From positions 1,812-65,811 of the forward strand of contig JAXGNA010000008.1 of the NCBI GenBank assembly GCA_040768245.1: a stretch of 64,000 nucleotides of DNA, written 5' to 3'. The stretch's first letter is position 1; every line of letters starts with the position of its first letter. The notes beneath the pieces were generated by a model. The model worked only from the letters and a program-made list of their open reading frames with translations. It ran no database searches and was not told the DNA's origin. The DNA comes from Methanomassiliicoccales archaeon (GTDB lineage Archaea; Thermoplasmatota; Thermoplasmata; Methanomassiliicoccales; UBA472). This document shows, one piece after another, positions 35,548 to 44,534 of the stretch. The translations under genes and the position numbers were made by a program.

Positions 35548-36771
35548 CTACCTCTTCGCCACTATGGTCATCACGTCCTCGTTCTCCAGCAGGTGGTCGT
35601 GGCCGACCACGCGGTGGGTGCGGGCGTTGATGGCCCGGATGAAATTGTCGCCCAGGTCGGTATGCACCTTGTAGGCCAGGTCCTTGGCGTTGCTCCCCTT
35701 TTTCAGGAGGAAGGCATCCGGGAGCACCCGGCCGTCATGATCGGTGAGGTGGGTCTCATCCTCCACCGGATAGACCACGATCTGGTCGAGCAGACGATAG
35801 GTCACCGTCTCCAGGCACTTCTGGACCCCGGTACCGTCGTACCTGGCCATGATCTGGGCCATGAAGTCCAGGGCCTTCCTCTGATTGGGGTTCAGCTTGC
35901 CGGGGTCGTTGACCTTGAAGTCCTTGTCGCCCGGCACGTAGGTCACCAGTCCGGCCTTGGCCGCCCGGCGCAACGCCAGTTCCGTCTCCGCGCAGGTCGG
36001 TACGGTCAGGTATCCCTCCAGCTCACTTAACCTTTTCATGATCCCGGGGTCCGCCGCGTCCGCCTTGTTGAGGGCGATGATCATGGGCTTGCTGAGCATC
36101 CGGATGTTCGCCGCCAGACGGTAGAGGTCCTCGTCCTTCCAGTCTATGATCTTGTGCGGCATCTCCGATGAACGGAGGGCGGCGGACACCTGGGCCTCGG
36201 TCACTCCAAGCCCGGTGAGCCGGTCATGGATGACCAGCTCGATCTTCTGCCCCTCCAGGTGCGCTCCCCGGGCCAGCTTGTCGAACCCCTTCATCATGAT
36301 GCCTTTGATCCACTGGTTGATCTCCCTCTCCAGGAACCTCAGGTCCTCCGCCGGGTCGTGGCTTCCCGGTTTGACGGCGTTCCCCTCGGCGTCGGTGGAG
36401 CCGCTGGCGTCCACGACGTGGATGAACGCGTCCGCCTGGCGCAGGTCGTCCAGGAACTGGTTTCCCAGACCCTTGCCCTGGCAGGCGTCCGGCACCAGCC
36501 CGGCCACGTCCAGAAGCTCGATGGGCACCAGCCGCACCCCGTTCTCGCAGGCCGAGTTTCGGGGGTTGCACTTGACATTGAAGTCCAGGTGCGGGCACTT
36601 GGAGCGGACGTAACCCATGCCCTTGTTCGGCTTTATGGTGGTGAACGGGTAGTTCGCTATCTCCGCGGTGGCCATGGTGGCCGCGGAGAAGAAGGTTGAC
36701 TTCCCGACATTGGGCTTGCCGACGATTCCGATCAACATTGTATTCCCTACTCCATGCAGTTCCTTGGACAA
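35548..36771 (-). CDS. ychF: Obg-family P-loop NTPase, YchF/OLA1-like with C-terminal TGS domain
   Basis: 407 aa. G1 'IGIVGKPNVGKSTFFSA', G3 'LLDVAGLV', G4 'ALNKAD'. TGS-like C-terminus '...RVVGHDHLLENEDVMTIV'. The stop lies 2 nt before the polB start. Confidence 0.85.
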   Translation of the reverse strand: MSKELHGVGNTMLIGIVGKPNVGKSTFFSAATMATAEIANYPFTTIKPNKGMGYVRSKCPHLDFNVKCNPRNSACENGVRLVPIELLDVAGLVPDACQGKGLGNQFLDDLRQADAFIHVVDASGSTDAEGNAVKPGSHDPAEDLRFLEREINQWIKGIMMKGFDKLARGAHLEGQKIELVIHDRLTGLGVTEAQVSAALRSSEMPHKIIDWKDEDLYRLAANIRMLSKPMIIALNKADAADPGIMKRLSELEGYLTVPTCAETELALRRAAKAGLVTYVPGDKDFKVNDPGKLNPNQRKALDFMAQIMARYDGTGVQKCLETVTYRLLDQIVVYPVEDETHLTDHDGRVLPDAFLLKKGSNAKDLAYKVHTDLGDNFIRAINARTHRVVGHDHLLENEDVMTIVAKR

Positions 36772-36862
36772 TAGCGTTTCCCATTATTACGTTTCGATAG
36801 ACCTACCATAATCATTAAGGACGAAATTTCGGGATACCCTTAACGAGGTATCCCGGTCGACC

Positions 36863-38305
36863 ATGCCCGAAGAAACCGCCAGGGACGAATCTACCGATGG
36901 CGAGGGGACGATGCTTGATATCACCAGCGAGTCCACGCTCCGTTCCCTTTCCAAAGCGGTGGAGAACAGCCCGGTGACCATAGTCATAACCGACACCCAG
37001 GGAAGGATAGAGTACGTCAATCCGAAGTTCACCTCCCTGACCGGGTATACCAGGGAAGAGGTGATAGGTAAGAACCCCAGCATCCTCTCTTCCGGGCAGA
37101 ACCCTCGGGAGCTTTATGCTGAGCTGTGGAGCACCATCACCTCTGGGCGGACCTGGAGGGGAGAGTTCTCCAACCGCAAGAAGAACGGTGAGCTGTACTG
37201 GGAGTCCGCGTCCATCTCCCCCATCGCTGACGATGACGGCGAGATAGTGAAGTTCGTGGCGGTCAAGGAGGACATCACCAAGGCCAAGGCCCTGGCCGAG
37301 CTGAACACCTCCCTCTCGGACATGGTGACCATGGCCACCAACGAGATCTACTCGTTCGATTACCACACCCTCAAGTTCATCTATGTCAACCGTTCCGCCC
37401 TGCGGAACCTGGGATACAGCATGGCAGAGATGCGTGAGATGACCCCGCTGGACCTGAAGGACGCCATGCCCCGCGAGGCCTTCGATGCTTTGCTGGAAAA
37501 GCTGAGGTCGGGAGGGGAGCTGGTGCAGTTCGAGACCGAGCACCGCCGGAAGGACGGTACCCGGTATCCGGTCGAGGTGCACCTTCAGGTGGTGGGCCCC
37601 AACGAGGAAAAACGCTTTTTGGCGATCATCATAGACATCACCTACCGGCGGCGGATGGAGGCCGACCTGCGGCGCCTGAACGAGAAGGCGAAGGTGCTCG
37701 GCGCCCTGACCAGGCACGACATAATGAACCAGATAACCGTGCTGCTGGGCAACCTTGACCTCATGAGGGGGAAGGTGTCCGGGAACGAGGAGAGGAGGGT
37801 GGCCACCATGAGGAGCGCCGCCCGGAAGATCGAGGTGTACCTGGAGTTCACCGCGGCCTTCGAGAGGACCGGCAGCGTATCACCGGAATGGCAGGACCTG
37901 ACCGAGGTGGTCAAGGGATCCTGGGGAGGATACGGAGGAGGCCCTATCGAAGTGGAGATGGACCTGCCGAGGGTGAAGGTACTGGCCGATTCCATGTTCC
38001 CCAAGGTCTTCGATAATCTTTTCGCCAACTCCCTGGAGCACGCCCCGGGACTGAAGAGGATCGGGGTGACCTGTGAGGACAGGGGTGGCGATGGTCTTAT
38101 CATCTACACCGACGACGGCCCGGGGATACCGGACGATGTGCGCGCCAGCCTCTTCACCAAGCGGGAGGGGAGCACCCGCGGCCTCGGACTGTTCCTGATC
38201 AGCGAGGTGCTGAAGGCCACCGGGATGCGGATAGCCGAGAGGGGAGAGGCGGGGAAGGGGGTAAGGTTCGAGATCTCTGTCCCTTCGGGTAACTGGAAAC
38301 TTTGA
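36863..38305 (+). CDS. PAS-domain sensor histidine kinase
   Basis: 480 aa. Two PAS domains ('ITDTQGRIEYVNPKFTSLTGYTREEVIGKNP', 'YRRKDGTRYPVEVH'), H-box 'LTRHDIMNQITVL', and ATPase motifs 'DDGPGIP' and 'GLGLFLISEV'. No response regulator is adjacent. Confidence 0.85.
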   Translation: MPEETARDESTDGEGTMLDITSESTLRSLSKAVENSPVTIVITDTQGRIEYVNPKFTSLTGYTREEVIGKNPSILSSGQNPRELYAELWSTITSGRTWRGEFSNRKKNGELYWESASISPIADDDGEIVKFVAVKEDITKAKALAELNTSLSDMVTMATNEIYSFDYHTLKFIYVNRSALRNLGYSMAEMREMTPLDLKDAMPREAFDALLEKLRSGGELVQFETEHRRKDGTRYPVEVHLQVVGPNEEKRFLAIIIDITYRRRMEADLRRLNEKAKVLGALTRHDIMNQITVLLGNLDLMRGKVSGNEERRVATMRSAARKIEVYLEFTAAFERTGSVSPEWQDLTEVVKGSWGGYGGGPIEVEMDLPRVKVLADSMFPKVFDNLFANSLEHAPGLKRIGVTCEDRGGDGLIIYTDDGPGIPDDVRASLFTKREGSTRGLGLFLISEVLKATGMRIAERGEAGKGVRFEISVPSGNWKL

Positions 38306-38502
38306 GCTCAGCGCTCGGGGAAGGCCACCGAGGCCAGGCAACGATCGACCTGGCCGAAGGGTTGGCTTGCCGAAGGGACCGAGACGCTTTTAAGGACATA
38401 CAAGGGGCGGGTATCGAGACAAGCTGTCTCTTTCAACCTCTGACCTATATCGACCACAGACACCCGCGCGCGGTCAGCCATGCATACGAGGATGGCAGGG
38501 CA

Positions 38503-39297
38503 TCAATCGTTATATCGGTCCACCAGGGCATCGGAGAGCTCGGCTATCTGGGCCGGGGTCAGCCGCTCCACCCTCTCGTCCAGGTAGGGAATTCCCTCCC
38601 GGTCCTCGGGAACCATCCGCTTCTGCTTGAGCACCGTTCCGATCTTCTTCCTCCTCTGCTGGAAGAGGACGTCCACCAGTCTCAGGAAATGCTTTTCGTC
38701 CCTCAGGGGGAACGGGGCCGGTCGGGGGGTGAGCAGGACCACGGTGGAGTCCACCTCCGGTTCCGGCCAGAACCTGGACCGGGGGACGTTCTCCAGCAGC
38801 TTGCACTCGGCCCGGTAGAAGACGTTCACGGAAAGGCGGGAGTACTCGCTATCACCGGCCGGGGCGGCCATGCGCTCGGCGAACTCCCTCTGGACCATGA
38901 TCACCGCCCGCTTGAAATCCATCTCCAGAAGGTGGAAGAGGAGCGGGGAGGAGATGCTGTACGGAACGTTGGAGATGAACAGGTCGAACTTGGGTGGATC
39001 GATCTCCAGGAAGTCCCCCTGGACCACCTCCATCTGCGGGTATGAGTCGCGGAGGTAGCGCACCGCCCCCTCCTCAATCTCGATGGCGGTGACCTTGGAC
39101 GTCCTATCCAGTAGCGCCGAGGTGAGTATGCCGAAGCCAGGACCCACCTCCAGGACACGGTCCTTATCGGTTATGCCTAGATATTCCACCTCGCGCTCGG
39201 CCACCCGTCGGTCGATGAGATAGTTCTGCCCCTTGGACTTGGAGGGACGCACGCCATATCGTTCCAGGAGGGAGCGCAGCTCCCCGATGCTTATCAT
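38503..39297 (-). CDS. rsmA: 16S rRNA (adenine1518/1519-N6)-dimethyltransferase KsgA/Dim1
   Basis: 264 aa. 'KSKGQNYLID', SAM motif 'VLEVGPGFGILT', 'ISNVPYSISSPLL'. Confidence 0.92.
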   Translation of the reverse strand: MISIGELRSLLERYGVRPSKSKGQNYLIDRRVAEREVEYLGITDKDRVLEVGPGFGILTSALLDRTSKVTAIEIEEGAVRYLRDSYPQMEVVQGDFLEIDPPKFDLFISNVPYSISSPLLFHLLEMDFKRAVIMVQREFAERMAAPAGDSEYSRLSVNVFYRAECKLLENVPRSRFWPEPEVDSTVVLLTPRPAPFPLRDEKHFLRLVDVLFQQRRKKIGTVLKQKRMVPEDREGIPYLDERVERLTPAQIAELSDALVDRYND

Positions 39298-39298
39298 C

Positions 39299-39847
39299 TC
39301 AGCGGGAGACGAAGACCCGGTACTTCTGGGTGGGATCGGCCAGCTCGACCTCTATGCGCTTGGCCACGACCTTCTCGGGATGCTTGAAGGTAGGCAACCG
39401 GGTGGCGATGTCGGCGAAGGACTTGAAGGGGCCCTTCTTCCGCTCGTCCAGAATGGCCAGCATGGTCTTCTTGCCCAGGCCGGGCAGGAGCTCGAGCACG
39501 TGGTAGCGAGTGGTTATCGCCTCCGACTCGTTGAAGAACTTGACGTAGTGTTCCTCGTTCTCCCTGACCACCTCCAAAATGACGAAGGGGAGCTCGTTCT
39601 GGGAACCGGCGTTCAGCTCCTCGAAGCCCACGCGACGCTTGACGTGCAGGATCTTGTCGCGCTTGTCCATGTCCTTGCCGATGTAGACGACCTCGCCGGG
39701 CGAGATGATGACCCCGGGCTTGGGCACAAGCTCGAACAGCTTCAGCTCGGTGCTGCCAAGGGCGTACGCTACTGGTTCCTTCCTGAAGCCTCTCTCCGTA
39801 GGCAGTCCCTGCGGTAGATAATCTAGAATGTGGGCGAAGTCCTCCAA
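39299..39847 (-). CDS. DUF655 RNA/nucleotide-binding protein (HhH)
   Basis: 182 aa. 'AHILDYLPQG...ELKLFELVPKPG' and a C-terminal HhH 'LELLPGLGKKTMLAILDER'. It occupies the conserved archaeal position between rpoF and ksgA. Confidence 0.8.
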   Translation of the reverse strand: MEDFAHILDYLPQGLPTERGFRKEPVAYALGSTELKLFELVPKPGVIISPGEVVYIGKDMDKRDKILHVKRRVGFEELNAGSQNELPFVILEVVRENEEHYVKFFNESEAITTRYHVLELLPGLGKKTMLAILDERKKGPFKSFADIATRLPTFKHPEKVVAKRIEVELADPTQKYRVFVSR

Positions 39848-39859
39848 AGCAACACCAGC

Positions 39860-40201
39860 CTAAAGGTATTCGTTCACCAATTTAATAATCTGCTCGCCCT
39901 GCTTCTTGTCGAGCACCCGCCGCTCCTTCTGGAAAATCAGGCGGACATCGTCGAAGTGGGTGGGCAACAGATCGGTGATCTTGACCGCCACAGCCTCAGC
40001 GTTGTTAAGGTCGGCCACGAACTCCAGTTCGAGCAGCTTTCCCTTCAGCTCCCTGGCCTGCTCGGCGCTCATCTTGGCGCCTTTGGCGTGCTCCAAGGCC
40101 AGCCTCTGCTCGGGGGTGAACTCCCGGGACCCGGCTTCGGCCTCCAGCATCTCCTTTACCTCGGCCAGGGTGACGTAGCGATCCTTGGACATTATCATCA
40201 C
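39860..40201 (-). CDS. rpo4: DNA-directed RNA polymerase subunit Rpo4 (RpoF)
   Basis: 113 aa. 'RYVTLAEVKEMLE...EQRLALEHAK...AVKITDLLPTHFDDVRLIF' is colinear with archaeal Rpo4/F. It sits in the conserved L21e-RpoF-DUF655-KsgA cluster. Confidence 0.82.
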   Translation of the reverse strand: MMIMSKDRYVTLAEVKEMLEAEAGSREFTPEQRLALEHAKGAKMSAEQARELKGKLLELEFVADLNNAEAVAVKITDLLPTHFDDVRLIFQKERRVLDKKQGEQIIKLVNEYL

Positions 40202-40203
40202 CG

Positions 40204-40500
40204 TCAGTTCTTGACCTTGCGCATGTGCTCAGGCCGGGACACGACGGTCTTGTATTTGTCGCCGTCCCTTACGGACAGCACGTAGGCGCGTCCCTGGGCG
40301 GCCTTGACCGTCCCGGTCTTGCCGTGGAAGCGGATGTGCGGCGCGCCCTTTACAATGCTAGGGTCCAGGTGTATGTGGGCCTGCTCCCCTACGTCGAACT
40401 GAACGAACTCGTGAGTGATGGGGGAAAGTCCGCGGGCCCTGGGGCTCTTCTTGAGGATGTTCCTGCCTTTCCGCCTCAAACCGTGCGATGCTTTGACCAT
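40204..40500 (-). CDS. rpl21e: 50S ribosomal protein L21e
   Basis: 98 aa. 'SHGLRRKGRN...FHGKTGTV...YKTVVSRPEHM' is typical of L21e. Confidence 0.92.
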   Translation of the reverse strand: MVKASHGLRRKGRNILKKSPRARGLSPITHEFVQFDVGEQAHIHLDPSIVKGAPHIRFHGKTGTVKAAQGRAYVLSVRDGDKYKTVVSRPEHMRKVKN

Positions 40501-40502
40501 AT

Positions 40503-41738
40503 CTATACCTCGTTGCTGTCGATGACCCCGATGACGTCCAGGGCGTCCACGGTGCAGGGCGCTCCCAGCATCTCCGAGAGATTGGGTTGCGTTCTTCCCT
40601 GGTCGCCGTGCACGAACTCCTTCACGTAGGTGCCTGACTCGGTGCGCAGGCGCAGCGTCATTCGTTCCTCCTGGAAATCCTCCAGGACCACGTAGACGAT
40701 GTACCGCTCGCGTTTCAGGTCCGCGCGTCGGTGGGACACCCTAACGGGCGTCCGCTGGACTATACGGGTTCTGTTGAACGTGCGAAGGACCTCATTGACT
40801 CTCTCCTTATTAACTTTGCCGTGAATGGACACCTGCACGCGATACTCCTTGTCGTGCGCTGAATCCTTGACCAGGCGCACCTCCTCCCGGTCCGAGGGAC
40901 GAAGCTGTTCCACCTCCACCAGTCCTTTCGCCCTCTCGTTGATCTCCTGCTGGATGGCGGTGAGGTCCAGACCGCGCACCACTGGCGAAGATATCTCGAT
41001 GACGAAAGGGCGTCCAGTGCCCAGCATCAGCGCGTCGATGTCCTCCCTGCCCATCCCGTGGAAGAAGTGCTCCTTGGCCTTGGCGTAGGGCAGGATGACA
41101 TCCCCGATCTGCTCCTGCACGCTGGTCTGGTACATCTTGCCGGTGTTCCCACAGCGAGGGCATCCCTTGCCCTGGCAGACCCGGCAGGGCCACTTGGTCT
41201 GCGGGATCTCCCGGGACAGCTTGCGATACCGTCCATATATGAACAGCGGCGCCACGTCCAGCTCCACATGGGCGAAGCGGGTGTCGACCAGGGCCACCAC
41301 CTGCGGGTTCTTGAACTCCACGTCCTTGCCGTTGAGCGAAAAGACCGCCTTTCCGATCTCCCGGTTCAGCTCGGACTTGATGGGCTCGGCGTGCTCCTGC
41401 CCTACCAAGGACCAGAGCTCCTCCTCCCTCGCCTGCACGACCGGGTCAACCCTGGTCCCGACCAAGAAGTTGTCGTACTGGACCTCCTGCAGCTTAAGCT
41501 CCACGGCCTCCGCGAAGCGGGGGACCTGGTCGAATATCTCATCGCAGAGCCAGCACCTCTCGTGCTTCATCTTATCAAGTCCGCGGGACGCCCGGTCCTG
41601 GTCGATGAGCGCCCTCAGCTCCTCTCCTCTTTTCAGATTGGTGGTGCCGGTGCCCACGTGTGCGAACAACCGCCCCAGGCAGTGGTCGCAGAGGTCGTGG
41701 TCCTGTGCTTTCAGGGCCTGCTCGAGAACTTCCTTCAT
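40503..41738 (-). CDS. pus10: tRNA pseudouridine(54/55) synthase Pus10
   Basis: 411 aa. N-terminal Zn motifs 'CDHCLGRLF' and 'CWLCDEIF', a second pair 'CRVCQGKGCPRCG', a THUMP-like segment, then the catalytic 'GREDIDALMLGTGRPFVIE'. Confidence 0.88.
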   Translation of the reverse strand: MKEVLEQALKAQDHDLCDHCLGRLFAHVGTGTTNLKRGEELRALIDQDRASRGLDKMKHERCWLCDEIFDQVPRFAEAVELKLQEVQYDNFLVGTRVDPVVQAREEELWSLVGQEHAEPIKSELNREIGKAVFSLNGKDVEFKNPQVVALVDTRFAHVELDVAPLFIYGRYRKLSREIPQTKWPCRVCQGKGCPRCGNTGKMYQTSVQEQIGDVILPYAKAKEHFFHGMGREDIDALMLGTGRPFVIEISSPVVRGLDLTAIQQEINERAKGLVEVEQLRPSDREEVRLVKDSAHDKEYRVQVSIHGKVNKERVNEVLRTFNRTRIVQRTPVRVSHRRADLKRERYIVYVVLEDFQEERMTLRLRTESGTYVKEFVHGDQGRTQPNLSEMLGAPCTVDALDVIGVIDSNEV

Positions 41739-41794
41739 GGTCGTCCGGCCTACCGTTTTCCCCTAATTAAATTATCGCGTGTTAACAGGGCAAA

Positions 41795-42751
41795 GTGCTT
41801 AATCCCATGCGAGGCATGCCGTTGCGAACGAAGCTCATGGCCGAGAAAGGTGACATGCTCGGGCTCCTCAGGGAGCAGGGATACGGCGCCAGGTCCATGT
41901 CCGTCTCTCATCTGGACCAGGTGCGGGAGGATGTGGAGGGCCTGTACAGGAAAGGGATGTTGGCCGAGGAGCTCTACAAGGAATACCTCTTCCGTTTCAA
42001 GTACTTCGTTCCCGTGTCATTCCCGGAAGCGAAGAGCCTGATTGTGGTCTCGGTGCCTCAGCCGACCTGCGAGATCAGCTTCAATGTAAAGGGACGCAAG
42101 GTCCGCACCATAGTGCCGCCAACCTACGCCAAGGCGGTGGACGTGGACATGGAGATAGTGGACCTGCTGGAGAAGGGCGATGGCAACGGCGTTCAGCTGA
42201 TGAGGGCCATACTCCCGCACAAGACCCTCGCGGCACGAACTGGCCTGGCGGAGTATGGCCGGAACAACATAACCTACGTTCCTGGATACGGCTCGTTCCA
42301 CCGCTTGACCAGCTTCTTCACGAACCGGGAGCTGCCGGACGATTGGCAGGAGAAGAAGGTCATGGACCGCTGCGCGGAGTGCGGTGCCTGCGTCAGAGCC
42401 TGTCCGACGAAGGCGATAGATGACGACCGCTTCCTTCTCCATGCTGAAAGATGCCTCACCTTCCACAACGAGATGCCCAACGAGAAGGCCTTCCCCGATT
42501 ACGTTCTGGAAGGAGTACATAACGCCGTCGTCGGCTGCATGATCTGCCAGAAGGTGTGCCCGGTGAACGCTCAAGTTCGCAATTGGATGGTCCACTGCAC
42601 CGAGTTCGATGAGGACGATACCTCATATCTTCTAAAGGGCGATTTCTCCGGACCCCGGGCCAAGAAGCTTACCGAACGTTTGGAGCCGCTGGGCCTGGAG
42701 CTGCAGCTCTTCCCCCGGAACTTGCTGGCGTTGCTCAACAACGGGAAATGA
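41795..42751 (+). CDS. 4Fe-4S dicluster protein, QueG/reductive-dehalogenase-like
   Basis: 318 aa. 'CAECGACVRACP' and 'CMICQKVCPVN' ferredoxin motifs sit in a QueG-like context. The physiological substrate cannot be inferred. Confidence 0.6.
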   Translation: MLNPMRGMPLRTKLMAEKGDMLGLLREQGYGARSMSVSHLDQVREDVEGLYRKGMLAEELYKEYLFRFKYFVPVSFPEAKSLIVVSVPQPTCEISFNVKGRKVRTIVPPTYAKAVDVDMEIVDLLEKGDGNGVQLMRAILPHKTLAARTGLAEYGRNNITYVPGYGSFHRLTSFFTNRELPDDWQEKKVMDRCAECGACVRACPTKAIDDDRFLLHAERCLTFHNEMPNEKAFPDYVLEGVHNAVVGCMICQKVCPVNAQVRNWMVHCTEFDEDDTSYLLKGDFSGPRAKKLTERLEPLGLELQLFPRNLLALLNNGK

Positions 42752-43297
42752 TCAGAGCTCGAAGCCCATCTCGGCGATGTGCAGCTCGGCCCGCTTGCGC
42801 TCCAGGAACTTGTAGACCGTGGCGTGCTCGCTTCCGCTGAGCAGCATATCGACGGCGTTCCGCGCCACCGGCATTTGAACGGAATTCCCGATGATGCCCA
42901 CGGTGTCGCCGTACACGGAGAGGTGAACGCCGACCAGGTCCTCGATGATGCGGCGGGTCTTGCCTCCCGCGCCGATGACCCGGGCGCGCATGCGCACCAG
43001 CTGGTTGGTTCCCTTGCCGACATAGTCGTCGATGTTCATTATCTCCAGATATTCATCGTCATCCAGCAGCCGAAACGCTTTGTGCGGCGCGAACCCCCGG
43101 CCGATGGCCTTCACGATGTCCATGACCTTCAACGGAAGCAGCGGATCCTCGGTCTTCGTCTCGTCGAATGACACCTCGCCCTCCTCGGTGTCGATGGTGA
43201 TCTTGAGGCCGGTCTTCTCCTCCAGGAATCTCTTGGTCTCTCCGCCCTGGCCGATGAGCACGCCCACGCGCTCCTTGGGAACTTTAACGATCTTCAT
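42752..43297 (-). CDS. KH-domain RNA-binding protein (aDim2/Pno1-like)
   Basis: 181 aa from 'MKIVKVPKERVGVLIGQGGETKRFLE' (KH GxxG), with a second KH 'RVIGAGGKTRRIIE'. ATGA overlap with the rio1 stop. The track's 324-aa version runs into rio1 and I rejected it. Confidence 0.85.
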   Translation of the reverse strand: MKIVKVPKERVGVLIGQGGETKRFLEEKTGLKITIDTEEGEVSFDETKTEDPLLPLKVMDIVKAIGRGFAPHKAFRLLDDDEYLEIMNIDDYVGKGTNQLVRMRARVIGAGGKTRRIIEDLVGVHLSVYGDTVGIIGNSVQMPVARNAVDMLLSGSEHATVYKFLERKRAELHIAEMGFEL

Positions 43298-44085
43298 TTC
43301 TCTCTGACCCCCTGTACGTATTTCAGGACGGTCTCGTCGCTCCACACCTTTATGTCGAGGTTGCGGAAGTAGCGGTTGATGTTCTTGACGTCCCTCTTCA
43401 GGAACTCGATGGCGTTGGGATGGTCGGTGAGCATGGCCTGGCCGCAGTCGATGATGTAGGGCATGCCATCGTGCATCAGGATGTTGTACTCGCTGAGGTC
43501 GCCGTGCACCAGCTTGGCCTTCTGGAACGCCCTCTTCATGAACCGGATGATCTCCCGGTAGACCTTCTGCGGTTCGTCCAATCGCACCGAGCGCAGCTGC
43601 GGGGCGGCCATTACCTGGTCCCCGAGATAATCCATGACGATGACGTTCTTCATGAACCGTTTGGGATGAGGTACCCGGACGCCAGCCTGCTCCAGCCGGT
43701 TGAGGTTCTTGAACTCCTTGGTGCACCAGGCATAGATCAGCTTGCGCGGGTTGCCGGTGAGGCCCTTGAACCGGGTGTCGCCCTCGATGTACTTGGCGAT
43801 GTTCTTGAAGGTGGCGTTAGAGGTTCGGTATATCTTTAGCGCTACGAACGTCCCGTCCGGGGCCGTGGCCCTGAAGACGTTGCCTTCCTTGCCGGTAGAG
43901 ACCGGGAAATCCACGCTGGCTATGCGCTTCTCGCAGGTGAGCTTGAAAATAACGCCAAGGGTGAGGTTGTCGAAGACCTCCTCCATGACCTTGCGGCCCT
44001 CCTGCGAGCTTTCGAACGAACGGGTGAGACGGAGCTCCTCCACCTTCCGGTCCAGCTTGAGGATTTGCTTGTCCTCTTTTGGCAT
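43294..44085 (-). CDS. rio1: RIO-type serine/threonine protein kinase Rio1
   Basis: 263 aa. 'STGKEGNVF', 'ALKIYR', 'LVHGDLSEYNIL' and 'IIDCGQA' are RIO kinase signatures. Confidence 0.9.
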   Translation of the reverse strand: MPKEDKQILKLDRKVEELRLTRSFESSQEGRKVMEEVFDNLTLGVIFKLTCEKRIASVDFPVSTGKEGNVFRATAPDGTFVALKIYRTSNATFKNIAKYIEGDTRFKGLTGNPRKLIYAWCTKEFKNLNRLEQAGVRVPHPKRFMKNVIVMDYLGDQVMAAPQLRSVRLDEPQKVYREIIRFMKRAFQKAKLVHGDLSEYNILMHDGMPYIIDCGQAMLTDHPNAIEFLKRDVKNINRYFRNLDIKVWSDETVLKYVQGVREK

Positions 44086-44092
44086 ATCTCCC

Positions 44093-44434
44093 TCAGAATA
44101 TGTCCAAGTTCTTCGGCAGAACCTTCTTGCGGCTCAGATGGCTCGCTTGGGTTTTGGTATAACGGTAGAGGACGTCGCACTTGTCCTCCTGGAAGTCCCA
44201 GGGGCGGACTATGACGAGGTCACCCTCGCGTATCCACATCCTCTTCTTGATCTTCCCGGGAATACGGCCCATGCGGGACTTTCCATCGGCGCACATGATC
44301 TTGATGCGGGATGCGCCCAGCAGCTGGTCCGCTATCCCGAACATCTCGCCCTCCTTCTTGTTCGGGTACGGGAGGCGAAGTATCTCCTCGCTCTCAGCGC
44401 CTTGGTCCCCCTGGGTGTAAGGTTCGTTGCTCAA
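44093..44434 (-). CDS. eif1a: translation initiation factor aIF-1A
   Basis: 'EGEMFGIADQLLGASRIKIMCADGKSRMGRIPGKIKKRMWIREGDLVIV' is the S1-like OB fold of aIF1A. TTG 44434 is preceded by GGAGG at 6 nt and gives 113 aa. The track's ATG at 44485 would add 17 aa. Confidence 0.88.
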   Translation of the reverse strand: MSNEPYTQGDQGAESEEILRLPYPNKKEGEMFGIADQLLGASRIKIMCADGKSRMGRIPGKIKKRMWIREGDLVIVRPWDFQEDKCDVLYRYTKTQASHLSRKKVLPKNLDIF

Positions 44435-44534
44435 TGGAAGCCTCCAATGGTAAGTTTCCTTTAAACCCGTTCCTCTATATAACATTGGTGTAACGGGGTC
44501 AAGGCCTTGGCCTTGCTGGAATGATACGGCCGGT

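Noticed and set aside
36815-37717. 300-aa minus-strand ORF, and similar ORFs such as 266..850, 2689..3507, 7866..8687, 38302..39045, 41058..42041 and 47876..48604
   Set aside because: All overlap well-supported genes on the opposite strand or in another frame. Their composition is the Arg/Gly/Pro/His/Leu bias expected from GC-rich antisense reading.
43298-43726. N-terminal extension of the KH-domain ORF (track 42752..43726)
   Set aside because: The extension runs through the rio1 coding region in another frame. KH protein homology begins at 'MKIVKV' (ATG 43297), at an ATGA junction.
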